From Rhizaria sp. SCN 62-66 (taxonomy: Eukaryota), in assembly GCA_001724265.1 (NCBI GenBank), contig MEDY01000028.1:1-64000 (forward strand): DNA of 64,000 nt, in the 5' to 3' direction. A program made the position numbers and the translations under genes. Shown one piece after another: positions 11,462 through 25,265 of the stretch; the first letter of the stretch is position 1; each line of letters opens with the position of its first letter. The notes under the pieces are model-generated. The model searched no databases and was not told the DNA's origin. It worked only from the letters and a program-made list of their open reading frames with translations.

Positions 11462-14400
11462 TCAATGACCGTCAAAGTCGTCAGACGCGCCGCCGCCGCC
11501 GCCACCGGCGCCGCCGCCGCCGCCGCCGGGGCACTCGACCTCGCCGACCGGCGCGATGGCCACCGCGGCGGGTCCCGGCGCAGGCAGCGCGGCCACAAGC
11601 GCCGCCGCGGCCTGCGCGGGGGCGGGCAGCTGCGCCTGCGGCAGCTGCGCGGGCGCGGTGAGGCGGTGCTTGAGCGGGGTCGTGCTGGGCCTGATCGCGC
11701 GCGCAGAGCCGGGCTGCTGCTGCTGTTGCGAGACCACGACGTTGGGCGCGCCGGTGGGCCCCGCAGCGAGTCCCTGTCCGCGCGCGGCGGCGGGCGCGCC
11801 GGCGAGCACGCCGGCCGCGCCCGCGCTGGCGCCGTTGGGGTGCCCTGCCGCGAGCACGGCAGCGCCCGGCGAGCCGAGGAATTGTGCGCCCGCCTCGGTG
11901 GCGTATAGCGCGCCCGTCGCAGCGTCGACGTCGGGCACGTCTGCCGCCGTCGCCGAGCCGTGACTGTGGCGCGCGTGGCCAGACAGCACCAGCGCGGCCG
12001 CCGCGCGCGACGACAGCAGCGGGCCCGTCGCGTGCGGCTGCACCGAGAGCCCCGCGCTGCCGCGGCCCAGCGCGGTCGCGGGCAGACTGAACCCGCTGCC
12101 CGAGTAGGATGGTGCGGGCGACGCCGTGGGCGCGGCGCCGGTGGCGTTGTAGCCGGCCTGCGCGGCGCGGTCGACGTAGCTGATCTGGAAGCGCGGGTCC
12201 GCGGCGCGCGAGGGCGGCGCAAAGAGCACGCGCGTGTTGCCGCGGCCGCGGTAGACATGCCCGTCGTTGCCGTAGAGCGTCATCTCGGCGCCGCGGTCCA
12301 CCACCATCATAGACCGGCGAGACACGGCCGCGGGGCCAGTCGCGGCGGCCGTCGCGCCAGAGGTCGCGGGCCGGCCCATCGCCGTCCCCACGCCCGCGTT
12401 GTCGCCAGCTGCGCGGGGCTGCGTCGCTGTGTCGGGGGACACGCCGCGCTCCGAGGCCGGCCAGTCTGGCAGCACCGCCGAGAGCGGGTCGCCCAGCCGC
12501 CCCAGCACGCTCCCGCTCCCGTCATCGTCGCCGCCGCCCGCGGTCGCGATGGGGCTGAACTCGCGGTCGGAGCCTGCGCCACCGTCGGCTGAGCTGCCGT
12601 CACCGCCCTTGCGCTCCAGCGCCTCGGCAGCGTCGCCAGCGGTGCGCGCGGAAGGCATTGTGCGCGCGGCGGCGGCGCCCTCGGCGCCCGCGTAGTGCAG
12701 CAGCGCGGCTGCGGCCAGCGAGGTGTGGGCGTCGGCGGCAAGCTTCTGCGCGCCCGCAAGCGCGACGGCGTGCGCGCGCCCCGCCGCCGCGGCGGTCCCC
12801 GGGTTGACGCCCGCGGCGGGCGCGTCGGCGGCGTCGAGCGCGTGCGCGTGCTCGTGGACGCGCGCCTGCATCGCTGTGATGGCCGCGTTGACCGCAGATT
12901 CGGGCCCCGGCATCGACTCGGTCGGCTGGTCGCACGCCAAACAGCGGAACTGTAGCTGTGCGCGGCCCGCGGCAGTAGCGGAGCTGACCTTGCCGCGCGA
13001 GTAAGCCTCGAGCAGGTAAATGAGGTCGCTCTCGAGCCCGCGCACGCGCCGGGCCAGCGCGGCGCGCGACTTGGCCGTCAGCGACTCAAGCCGCACCAGT
13101 GCCAGCGCGAGCGACTCAGAAAGCGTGCGCTTCGACTCGGCAACGGCGCGCGACGAGGACTCGGCTGCCGCCTTAGACTGGCGCTTGACCGCGGCCACCT
13201 CGCCGCACACGTCGTCCAGCCGGTCTTGGATCATCTTAACCGCTGCGGTGACAACAGGACAAGCAATAAAGAGTCCAAGACAAAAACAAAGACAAAAAAC
13301 ATAATTTAAACGAGAAATAAGACGGGAACAAGCGAAGGATATGGATAAAACAGAAATAACGAAATAGCCTAGTGAGCGTACCCTTTCTGTAATCGGCGGC
13401 CGCGGCGTCGCGCGCTGCAGCCTTCTCGCTGCGAGCAACGCTATCACCGCCACCAGAGCCGCTGCTGCCTGCGCCGCCCGCGCCGTCTCCATTAGCGGCC
13501 GTGATGGCGGCCGTTGCGGTGGCGGCGACGTCGATCATGCGCAGCTGCATCGCGGCCAGCGCGTTTCCGAGCTTGCCAATGTCCTCGCGGGCCAGCCCTA
13601 GCGCGGCGGCAAGCTTGCGCACGCCCGCCGAGGCCTCGCGCGCCTCCTCAGCCGACAGCGCGCCGCGCTCGAGCGCGTCAACGCGCGCGGGCAGCGGCTC
13701 CAGCGCCACCACGCGGTCGTCGAGCGCCTCGAGCGCGGCCTCGCTCTCTCGCGCGCGCGCCGCGGCCTCCTGGCGCGCCGCCACCAGCGCCGCGCGCGCG
13801 TCCTCGGCACCCGCGCGCAGCTCGCCGCAGTCCTGCAGCGCGGCCGACGCGTCGCGCGTCGCGGCAGCCGTCGCCGCCTCGCACGCCTGCACGCGCCGCG
13901 ACAGCGCCTCGCGGGCCGCGTCGGCGTCGGCCGCGCGCGCCTCGGCCGCGGCCGCCGCACCGTCCAGCCGCGTCGCCGCGGCCGCCAGCGACGCGATCGA
14001 GCCCTCGTGCCGCTCCACGGGCTCCGCCAGCGCGCCCGCGGCGGCCGCAGCCGCGCTCACGCGGTCGCCCAGCGCGGCCATCGCGGACTCGAGCGCGGAC
14101 ATGCGCGCGTCGGCCTGCGCCAGCGGGGCAGAGACCGCGGCCAGCGCAGTCTGCCGCGCCGCGTCGAAGGAGGACTCGGCGGCCGCCGCCGCAGCGGTCC
14201 CGGCGGCGGCGCGGGCAGCCGCGGCGGTGGCCGGGGCAGGCGCGGACTCGGGGGACGAGAGGGACGCGGGGTCAGCGGCTGCTGCGGCGGCGGCCACTGT
14301 GCTAGAAGTGTGCTCAATGACCGTGCGCCCAATGCGCAAGACGCTGGTCTGCAGGGCGTCGACTGCGGCGGCCAAGCGGCGCTGCTCCTCGGCCATCCGG

Positions 14401-14720
14401 TCCAGACGGCCAGACACGTCCCCGCCCAGCGCAGCCGAAGTCTGCGGCACCGGGACCAACGCGGCGCCGGCCCGCGGCACAGAGGGCGGCGGAACAGCGC
14501 CGGGGGGCACGCCGCAATGCGCCTCGAGCATCGCGAGGCGGTCAAGGATAGACGCCAGCGTACTCAGCAGCCGGTTGTCGTCGACGCGGACTGCGACCTG
14601 GACGAGGCTGGACGCCAGCGCTGACACGTCGTGGCGAAGCTCTGTGTGGAAGGACGCAGAAGTCGAGCCTATAACAGAACCTTCCCCATTGTAGCTGGAG
14701 CTGGTTGGGCTTTCAGCCAT
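11462..14720 (-). CDS. Coiled-coil protein with DUF4795/QRICH2/C16orf96-like motifs; exons 14720..13382, 13242..11462
   Basis: A GTACGC..CCGCAG intron joins two ORFs in frame (DYRK-A-VKMIQ). Motifs FRCLACDQP and GNDGHVYRGR follow a long coiled coil. TGA stop. Confidence 0.6.
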
Positions 14721-15355
14721 GTTTTTCTGAAGCCGCTCTAGCGCGAGGTTTCGTACTCTTGGCAGCTGCGAGCTCTCACCTGACCAATAGAAGAAAAAAG
14801 CCTACATCAAGGAGTCAAACAACAGGTTTTCATTTTGTAAATAAGAATTATTATTATTCAAGAAGGAAATCACCAGTAACTTTAACACAACCCTCCAAAG
14901 ACGGATTATAGCCGTATATCTGCATTGCTTTAGTTTCTGGTAACGGTTGGTTGTCTGCCGTCAAGAGGACGCAGAAGCCACCACATGTACATTCAGGTCG
15001 CACACACGGCTTCTACATGCGCTATTGCAGCTCTATTTTTGGTATGATGAATGAAAACACGTTGAAACTTGGTGACATATTCAATTCAAGTAATATTCTT
15101 GGTACGCACTGATACTGCAAAGAAGTAGAATTTATGTGACGAGTGTAACAATCAGGAGACACATTTATTTTGCGGCTTGGAGATTTGGTATACAGATTAT
15201 AGTAGTCATACTACTGCTAATATACAAATCAAAGCTTAACACTAAACTTTTTGGTTGGAATTGGCACGTTGTACGTCAAACGTGCAGAAACACATAGGAG
15301 GTTGTTCTAGCTATTCATAATCTAAGAGAGAGTCGTATAGTTGTTATTGCTAATA

Positions 15356-18300
15356 TTACATATCGTTATCGTTGGCGTCATCACCGCCATCAAGCGCCGC
15401 ATCGCCGTCGGGCGAGTCGGCCGCAGCGGAGGTGTCGCCCTTGGCACCGCGACCCGCACCGCGCTTGCCGCGCTTGCGCCGCGTCGGCTTGTGCTTGGGG
15501 GCAGCCGCGGCAGTCGCGGAGGCGTCGCCACCGTCCACCTAAGCAACAACAGCAGCAGTAGCAGCGGTAGCGCCGGCCTCATCCAACGCGCCCGCCAGCC
15601 CGGCCGCCGCCCCGCCCGCGCTGTCCGCCGCCGCCGCCGCGGCGCCGCGGGCAGCCGCGGCCCCGCGCTGCGCGCCGTGAGCGGCGCGCTGCGTCTAGGG
15701 GTCCGGGGTCTGCTGCGGCGCCGCCGGCGACTGCGGAGAGGGCTGCTGCAAGGGCGCGGGCGGCGGGGGCCGGGTCGCGGGTGGCTGTCGGGGGGCCGGC
15801 GGCTCTAGCTGCGGCTGCGGCTGCGGCTGCTGCACGGCCGCCTGCTGTGTGCGAGGCGGCTGAGTGTGCGGTTGAGTCTGCGCATGATTGTGGCTGTGGC
15901 TGTGCGTGTGAGTGTGAGTGGGCGTGAGAGCGTGCGAGTGCGTCGTCGGCGCGTGCCCGTGCCCGTGGTAGTGGTGGTCGGAGCTGACCGCGACAAGACC
16001 AGAAGACTCAGCAAAGCCCGCGCGTGCGGACGCATGCACGTCATTCACGGGCGTCAGTGCCTGCGCCTGCACCTGCGCCTGCGCCTGCGCCTGCGCATGC
16101 GCGGGGATCGGTGTAACCGCGGGCGAGGGGCCCGACCCGGCACTGCGCGCGCTGCGGCCGCTGCCGGAGCGCCCCAGCCGCGGGACCGCGTCCGCGAGCC
16201 CCGGCGCGGGCCCCAGCGTCGGTGTCGGCGTGAAGGCCGGGATGAAGTACCCTGCGGGCGACGGTGACGCCTGCCCCGGCGGCTGTAGCAGCAGTGGGGG
16301 CCGCGAGAGCTGCACGGGCGAGACGCCCGCGCCCGCGGAGCCCGCCAACAGCGGCACGGCGTAGGGCGGCGGCGTCGTGCCCGGCTGCAGCGAGAGCCCA
16401 GGCGCGTGGCCGTGCTGCGCGTGGTGCGGGTGCGTATGGCCGTACATCACATGCGCATGTCCGTGCGCGTGCGTGTGCTGCAGGTGCAGATGCTGTGTGT
16501 GCGCCGCGTGTGCGTGCGTGTGATAATGCGCGAGCGAACGGCTGTTGGGAGGCCCCAGCGCAGGCGAGTGCGTGCGGTAGCCGTGCGAAGGCGATCCCTG
16601 CGCATGTGCATGCGAGTGATGGGTCGATACGTGCGGAAAGACGACTTGGCCTGGGACAAGTGCATTTGGCGGCGGAGAGTGGCCGGGGCCCACGTAGCCC
16701 TGCGGCACGGCCGCGGCGTAGCCCATCACAAACGCCCCAGGCGCGGCTGCACCAACCTGCGGTAGAGCCGGCGCACCATAGAAAACGCTTGGGTGGCCGG
16801 GCGGTGCGTACGCATACGAGACCGCGCCGGGGACGGCACCAGGTGCAGCTCCGGGAATCACGAACGCGCCGGTATTCATCATACCCATGCTATGGCCGTG
16901 GCCCTGGTTGAGTCCCTGTTGTGGAGCACCGTACGCATGAGGGCTGCCGTAACCATGGGCATAACCGAGCACGTAGCCGTGGCCGTGCGCGTGCGCGTGT
17001 CCGTGCACATGGGCAGCGCCGGGCGGCGTAAGCGGCAGCGGAGGTGAGATGCCCCAGCCCAGCACTGCGCGGCCACCGGAGTGAGGCACGTTGGCCGCCG
17101 CGTGAACGACGGCCGCCGCGGTGGGCACCACAACCGAGAGGCTGTTGCGAGGTTCAGGCACCGGCGACGGCGGCGCAGACACATTCGCGCCTCGCACACC
17201 TCGCGCCCCATGTCCATGCCCATGCCCATGCCCATGTCCGTGTCCATGTCCATGTCCGTGACCGTGCCCGTGACCGTAACTGTGACCGTGGGCGTGCCCG
17301 TGGCCGAAACCGCGCGAGGGCGCGTCCTGAACAGCGCCGAGGCTCTGCGAGGGCGCCAGCTGCTGCGGGGCCATGAGGCCGCCGTAGCCCGCCGGACCGG
17401 CGCCGAGCACGGGCACGAGGCCGTGGCCGTGGCCCGGGTGCACGCCGAGGATCTGCGGCGCGGACCCCGATCCAGCGGTGCTGTGCGGCCCCACGCCGAC
17501 CGGCGACGCCGCGTTGTACGCAGACGACGCTTGCACGAGCGGTTCGGGACCAACGGGCATGCAGTCAGCGGCCGAGGGCAGCGGGAGAGCAGCGGCGTCA
17601 GCGCGCGAGAGCAGGACAGCGGCGGCGCCCGCGGCCAGTGCAGCGGTGACACGCGCGGCCGGGATGCCGAGCGCGGGGCCCAACACGTTTGGCAGGTCTG
17701 CGCCACTGGTGCGCCCGCGGGCGGGCGGGTCGGCGCCGGTTGCACTCGAGGACGCAGCTGCGGCGGCGGCCAGCGCGGCGCGCACGCGGGCGCCGGCGCG
17801 CGGGTGCGCCGCAGCGGCAGTCGACTCAGCAGCAGTCGACTCAGCAGCAGTCGCAACCGCAACCGCAGCCGCAGTAGTAGGGTCTGCGCTGTCGTCCTTG
17901 TCCGCATACGCAGTAGCTTGCTGCGACGGGCGTCGCTGCGGCGGCGCGCGCACAGGCGCGGCGAGCACGGTCGCGGCGTGTCGCGAGAAGATGGCGAGCG
18001 CGAGCGACGGCACACCTGCCGAGGGAACCGTGAGCGCGGCGACGAGCACTGCGATGGGATCATCGTCATCGTCCGCTGAGGGTGAGCCATTCGCACCGTC
18101 AGCCTTGGCACATGTCGCAGCCACGTTAGCGGTGGGCTTGGGCAGCGGAAGCAGGCGCTTCAGCGCGGGGCCCAGCGCAGTGGCGACTGCGGCGGCCTCA
18201 ACAGACACAGGCGCGTGCGTGGGCTGCACGCACATCGTGGCGCCGGTTGTGGGACAGAGCATCGCGCGCGCGAGAGCGCGGGACACGTCGCGCGCGAGCG

Positions 18301-21300
18301 AAGGCGGCACCACAGTCGGCGCGGCAGCGGCAGCCGCGAGCGCCGAGGGCGACAGCGTCAGGACCGCGGGCATCAGCGGGAGCGCCAGCAGCGACTGCAT
18401 GGATGGCGCGGGCGACGGCGAGCGCGACGGCGTCGGCGAAAGCTGCGGGGGCGCCGAGGCCGCCGTCTGCTGCGGCGACTGCGGTGCCACCACGGCCGCG
18501 GACACTCCCTGCACTGGCGACGCGGGCACCTCCAGTTGCTGCGGGGCGCGTGCGAGTGCGGCGGCGTCGCGTTGCTGCAGCTGTTGCAGCTGCTGTCGCG
18601 CGTACGCGGCAATGTACGCGCGCAGAGAAGCGCGGCGCAGAGCAGCGTGCGTGCCAGTCCAGACTGCGACGGCAATCGCGAAAGCAGTGGCAGCAGGTGC
18701 CGACGCAAAGAGCAGCGGCGGCAGTGGCGGCCCCGGCTGCGCACGCGCGGCTGCAAGTGCGCTGGCAGAAGCGCGCTGGAGCGCGGGGTCGACGTTGGCG
18801 GCCATGAACGGCTTCATCACCGCGGGCGGCAGTTGCAGCAAAAGCTCAAGGCGCGACTGACGGTACCGCGTCGCTTGTGTCGGCAACACCAGGCGCGACA
18901 GCAGTGGCACGCGCCCCGACCGCGCACCCGCGGCAGTAGCGGTGTTCCCAGTGGCAGCGCTATCACTCGCCGGCGCAGCGCCAGTTGCGAACGGCATTGT
19001 ACTCGACTCGAGGTGCGTGAGCGCGGGAAGCGCCACAGTCCAGTCCGCAGCGGGCGCGTCTTCCGGCTCAGCTTCGGCGCCGGCACCATGCACGGACTGC
19101 GCGGTCCGCGTGATGAGCGAGAGCGCGTGCGAGTCCTCGTTAAGCGCCGACGCGGCCTGCGCGAACGCGGCCAGCACGCGGCGCAGCGGCCCGCGCGCGG
19201 GCGCGCCGAGCGCCACGCGCGCGCCGGTCACGGGATCCAGCAGCACCAGCTCGCCGCGGCTCTCGCCGGCGGAGGTCGTCGCACCGGGGCGGAACGGCGG
19301 CAGCGCAGACACGCAGTGTTCGAACGAGTGCGCGTCGCAGAAGCCCGCTTCTCCAGTTGGCCCAGCGCCAGCAGTGTCCGGAGCAGTGGCGGAAAGCCCC
19401 ACAGCGGCGCGCCCGAAGGAGCCCGCGGTGTAGTAACGCAGGAAACCGAGCAGCAGCGCGCCCAGGTCGGCGTCGCCCACAGCTGCACCCGCCGCCGCCG
19501 ATGTAGCTGCGGTCGCAGGCACCGGCGCCGAGGCCGGCAGCAGCAGCGGCTGCATCGGCGGCGCAGTTCCCGAGCCCGCGCCCGACGCGGCCGAGAGCGC
19601 GGGCGACGGGGGCGCGGAGCGGTCCGGCGTGGCCGCGCCAGACGCATGGGCGCCGGCTGTATCGGCGTCAGCGTCGGCACCGGCGTCGAGAGCGATGACA
19701 CCGAAGAGCGGCAGCGCGTCGACGCTGTAGTAGCGCGGCGGCGGCGGTGGGGGCGGCTGCACGGGCGCCACGCGCGTGCGGCGCGGCGCAAGCGAGTGCT
19801 GCTGCGCATGCGGCGACTGCGTCAGAGTGTGCGGCTGTGGGCGCGGCGCGCCTGGCGCGGGGGACGTCGAGCGCGACAACGACAACGACTGCGAGTGTGC
19901 GCGCGAATGCAAGGGCTGTGGCGACGCAGCGCGGGAGCCTGAGTCGGTCTGGGCCGCAAGCAGCAGCGCGCGGTGGCCCAGCGCGCCGGGCTCGGGCAGC
20001 GTCAGCAGTGTCGCGACGGCCGCGGCGGCGTTGAGGAAGCCCGCAAGCGCGCCCGGAGCGTCGCGGGCCGCAAAGGGCGGCGGCGGCGACGGCACGGGCA
20101 CCGGGGCGGCGGGTGAAGGCGCGGACGGCGAGAGCGGCGCGGGCAGTGCAAGCAACGCGGGTCCGACCGCGCTTCCCAGACTGGGCGACGCGGGCACCTC
20201 AGACGAGGCGGTCGCTGTGAGGCCCACGAGCGCGGCAGCGGCGGCGGCAACGTCAGCAGCGGGCAGCGGCGCGCCCACTGCGTCGACAGAGCACAGGTAG
20301 TGCACCAACATTACGGTCAAGTGGAACGTGCTCAGCGAGCCTGCGCCGGCGCCCGCCACGGACGCCGCCAGCGACGCGGTCGCGGCGGCGGCGCCGTGAC
20401 CGGCGACGAGCGCGGCCGGGGTCGCGGGAGCCGTAGCACGCAGCAGGCGGCGCAGTGTGAGCAGCAGTGGGCGCAGCGGTGGGAACGCGCGCAGCCACAC
20501 CAGCGTAAGCCGCGTGGCGAGCGCGCGCGCAGACGGCACGGCCACGGCGGCGGCCAGCGAGGTCTGTCCCGGCGCGGCGGCGTCGAGAGCGCAAGTGAGC
20601 GCGCGAGGGGGCTCGAACTCAACGCTCACGGGCACACCGGAGTCGGGATCCACGAAGCGCACCACAGCGCAGCCTGTGGGCACGCCGCTGACGGCGCCCG
20701 CTGCTGCGGATGAACCACCAGCAGCAGCAGCAGCAGCAGCGGCGGCGGGGGCAGAAGCGGGGCTGTTGGAAGGCGCCACGGCGCGCAGTCCAGCTTGACT
20801 GCTGTGCTGCAACGCAGGGACGGCAGGCTGGTGTTGGCCTGCGGGGCCGGCGGACTGTGCCGACGCTGATGCCGACGCGACTGAGACGGTGACAGTGGCG
20901 GCAGCGCGGTGTAGCCACGCCGCGCGCGCGCGCAGGGCCGCAGCCTCGGCCTCGAGGGCGGCCACCCGCTCGGCGTCCTGGCTGGCAGCTGCGGGCGCCG
21001 GCGCAGCTGATGTAGCGTTGCCGTCCGCGGCCGCGGCGGCTGTCGCAGGGGCCCGCGCGCGGGTGGCGCCCGCAGCGCCGCGGTTGCCGCGGCCGCGCCG
21101 GCCGGTGTGCGCGCCCGCATCGATCGAGGGCGGCGGCAGCCCCGCGGCGAGCGCGGCGACGTGCGCGGCGCCGAAGGTCGCCGCGGCCTCGGCGGCGGCT
21201 TCGTGCGCGCGGCGCGCAAACTCGCCCGCGACGTGTGCCGCAAAGGCACTCGCGTGCGCGGGGCCCAGGCACGCGGCCGAGGGCGCAAGCGCACACGCGG

Positions 21301-24300
21301 GCAGCAGCTGCGGCAGCGCGGGGCCCGGCGCAAGCACGGTCACAGCTCTAGCGCCAGCGCCAGCGTATGCGCCCGCGCCCGCGGTGAGAGCGGCTTGCGC
21401 GGCAGGTGTGTAGGGCGACAGCAGCGCGCGCGACGGCGAGAGCGGCGACGGGAGCGGCGACTGCGACAGCGAGGGCGACGCCGACAGCGACGGCGGCGGC
21501 GACGCCGACATCATCTGCGCCGGCGCAATCGCGGCGCTCTCAGCCTTGGCGTCGCCGACAACCAAGTCGACTACAGCGGGCACAGCGGCGGGCACGCGCG
21601 CGCCCGGCACGACGCCGGAGGACTCGGAATGCGCGCGCGCACGGGACGGCGCGGGCACGGCCAGGGTCAGGTCGCCGCTCGCGCTGCGGCCCGTCTTGAC
21701 ATGCGCGCCTCCGCCCGCGGTCGCAGTCGCCGCGGGACCGGCCGCAGCGGCGGTGGCGAAGGCGGTGGCGACGGCGGCGACGCCGGGCCGCGCGCCGGCG
21801 GAGGGCCCGCGCGCTTCGCCGAGCGTGATGGACGCGCGCGCGCTCGGCGGCTTCGGCGGCAGCCACAGCGGGGACGCGCCAGCAGCGCATGCGCCCGCAC
21901 CAGCAGGGCCCACTGCACAGGTGCCGCCAACAGTGTTGTGGCCTGAGCCAGAGCCAGAGCCGGAGGCGGTGCGCGGCACGCCGCCCGCGGCCACCAGTAA
22001 AGCGGCGGCGGCGGTGGCGGTGGAGAGTCTCCGCGACGTGTGCGCGCGCGGGGAGCGCTGCGTGCCGCCAACAAGCAGCCCCGACGCGTGAGCACTCACC
22101 TGGAGCGCTGCCGAGGACGCGCCACCGAGCGCGTGCGCGTGTACCTGTGACTGCGCGGGCACCTGCGCGTGCGTGGACAAGGGCGTGGGGAGCATGCCCT
22201 GCGCGAGCGCCTGCGCGACGGGGTGCGCGTAGGGCTGCGTGAACGCGGGCAGCGCAAAGGCGAATGCCTCGGGCGCGAGCGCAACGGCGGCGCTCGACGC
22301 GGGGGCGCTCGCAGGCGCGGGCTCCACGGGCGATAGCCCCGCGGGCACGGCCACGGCCGCGGGCGTGGGCACCGGCGCGGATGCGGGGTCCGCGGGCGCG
22401 GGGACGTGGGCCGCGAAGAGCGCGGGGACCGAGTCGGCGCGCCAGTGCGTCGCGGCGGTCTCGTTCCACGCGCGCGGGTCCGAGGTCCAGCGGCGCAAGG
22501 CGGCAAGCACCTCGGCCTCGGCCGTCGCGGCCGCGGGCGGCAGGTGGCGCACCGCCAGGTCCACGGCCGACACCACGCCGCCGCCGCCCGCCGCCGCGGC
22601 CACCGCGGTGACCGCCACGGCGCCGCCCGCCGTGTTGTTCGGGTCAGCGGCCGTGCCGGCGTCGGCGGGCCCGTCTGCGAGTCCCGTAGCGGTGGACCCC
22701 ACGACGTCGGCGACGACGTCCTGCAGCGCGGGGACGCCCGCGGCGGCGGCCTCGCCCGCGGCGCGCGCCAGGAAGCCCGCCAGAAGCGTGCGCGCGGCGG
22801 CCGCGGCGGCGCGGCGGCGGTGCGTGCCCTGCGCCGTGGGCGTCAGCGCGGCCGCGCAGCGCAGCACGGCCCAGTGCAGTGCAGACCGCGGCGCGCGCGG
22901 CAGCATGTGCGCGTCGCGCGCCGGCGGCGGTGACCGCGGCGGCGGCGAGCGCGCCGGCGGCGGCGTGCGCGCGGGGAGAGAGCGCGGCACACCGGCGCTA
23001 GTGCCAACGCCGACGGGCGCGGGGGCGGGCATCTGGACGTGCATCGGCGAATGCGCCTGCGGCTGCGCCTGCTAAGCGTGCGAGGTGGACGGCGCAGCGA
23101 GCGCAAGCGCGGACAGCGGCGGCGCATCGGCACCGACGCCAACGCTCGCGTCCCGGCTGTGGGAAGCCTCCGAGGCGGCGGGCGCGGTCGCGGCGGCCCC
23201 GACCAGCATCGCGTCGGCGTCGGAGCGCGTGCGGCCGTGGTGACCGTGGCCGGGAACGTGACTGTGACCAGCGGCGGGCCCCGTCGCCGACACAGCTCCA
23301 GCCCCAGCGCTCGCCAGCGGGCTCTCAACAGCAGTCTCGCCGTCGCCGTCTCCGTCACCGTCGCCGTCGCCGATGCTACGCGCAAGCCCGTGTCCGAGGC
23401 CCGCGCGCGCGAGCTGGTGGTGATGCTGGCGCAGCGGGCGCGGGCCAGTGTCCGAGAGCCGCGGCCGGACCAGGTACGCCTGCGCCGCCGCGGACAGCGG
23501 CGCGGGAAGCGAGTCGGACGCAGACGCAGGCACCGCCGCGGCTGTCGCAGCAGCAGCAGCAGCAGCAGCAGCGCTGGGTGCGCCATCGCTGACTGCGACA
23601 GTGGCCACGGCCGCCAACGCGCACTGTTGTCGGTCGGCACCGAAAACCTCTGCAGCTGCGACCGCGTCTGTCGCCCGCGTCGAGTGATGTCCCTGCTGTG
23701 CGAGTGTTTGCACTGCTGGGGGCTCGGCCATGCTGTCGCAGTCGCCCTCGTTGTCGCCGGGCGCGACTGAGCTGCCGCCGGGGGTGGTCTCGCCCGCCAC
23801 GACGCCCGCGGCGCCGCCATCCGCGAACAGCCCCGCGCCGGGGCGCGCGAGCGCAAGCGACGACAGACACAACGGGGCCGCGGGCGCAGGCGCCAGCGCG
23901 AGCGGCGCAGGCAGCTCCAGCGGGGCCGGCGACAGCTGCGCTGTGGCGGAGGCAGCGGCCGCGCCAGCCGCGGTGGCGGAGTCTATAGCGCCAGCCACGG
24001 GCGAAGCCTGCGCGTCGCGCTAGAGTTGCGTGCGTGGCACCGAAAGCAGCGCAGCGTGCGGGCGGTACGGCGCGCGCGCGCGGGCCCGCGCCGCCAGCGC
24101 ATACAGTGCGGCGGCCACATCACCACCCCAGACCGAGTCACTGCCAGAGCCTGCGTCGTCGCCGTCGCCGTCGCCGAGGCCCGTGGCGCGCGGGACGCCC
24201 CAGGCCGCGGCCACAGCGGCGGCGGCGGACAGCGGCGCTTGAGGCGATGACGATGCGGACGAGGATGACTCGGCAGACTGAGTCGACTGCGACTGCGACC

Positions 24301-24748
24301 GGGATGATGGCAGGCTCTGCAGGGGCGGCGCAACCGCTTTATAAGCAAGTCTAAAGGCCGCAGTGGCGTCGGTCTAGCCCGCGGCTGCGTCAGTTGAGGC
24401 CGTGGAAGCCGCGTACGTGACGGGCTCGAAGTGCGGGTGCACGAAGTGCGGCTCGCGGGCCGAGGCGCGCACTGGCGCGGGCGACGTCGCGCGCGGGAAC
24501 GGCGGCGTGGGGATGCGCTCGGGCGGCCGCACAAGCGCCGCGGCCAGCAAGGGCAATGCTGCGGGCACGAACGTGTTCTTGGTGTGCGGGACGTGCACGA
24601 GCGGCTGCGTCACGCCCTCCGTGCCGTCGGCCTCGGGCGGCGAGGTGAGCGTGATCACCAGGCCCGCGCCGCGCCATGGCATGAGCGAGTCATGCGGCGA
24701 GCGCGGCTCCACGTCGGGGCCGGCGTCAAAGGAACTCAGTTTTGACAT
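15356..24748 (-). CDS. Giant (~3130 aa) low-complexity protein with a Trf4/Cid1-type nucleotidyltransferase/PAP-associated region; 5 in-frame TAG codons
   Basis: ORFs 24374-24748, 24020-24214, 23072-23998, 15695-23044 and 15356-15538 share one frame. They are separated only by TAG (24374, 24020, 23072, 15695, 15539) and end in TAA. Motifs: VVRFVDPDSGVPVSV, LRPLLLTLRRLL, GSLSTFHLTVMLVHYL, DLGALLLGFLRYY, LVLLDP. Confidence 0.7.
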
Positions 24749-25265
24749 CTAAAAGAAGCTGACAGCTTGTGAAACGTGGCAGCGAGGCGGTTCGTCCTCG
24801 GCGCAACTCCGCTCTGCTTCTGTGAAGCCAAGTTTGAAAAGTGAAAAGGGGATGTCCGCAAAATTAACAAAGTGTTACAGTAAAAGACTACATGGAGTAC
24901 TACATATATTGCGATTTCTCAGTCGATACCTCAACAAAACACTGAACAACGGAGTTCGCATGGTACACTAAGAAACTTTAAACGAGTCTTGTAAGCACGC
25001 TCGCGGCTCGTCCCTCTCGTCCAACCACAAACAGCTTTTGTATGACAAAACGGCATGAAATGCACGCTTATATCAAAGTACAAGCGGATTACAATCAAAT
25101 AATAAGATATAACAGATATGTTCACAAGAAATAAAACTAAAATTCACAAACAAAACGTTGCTATATACCAAATAAAACATGTTATAATCGGAGGTTAACC
25201 CCGAACTGTTGGTCACTTAAAAACTCCGAAGCGCTCACTTTGCTCTTGCACACCGTGCGTCGCAC

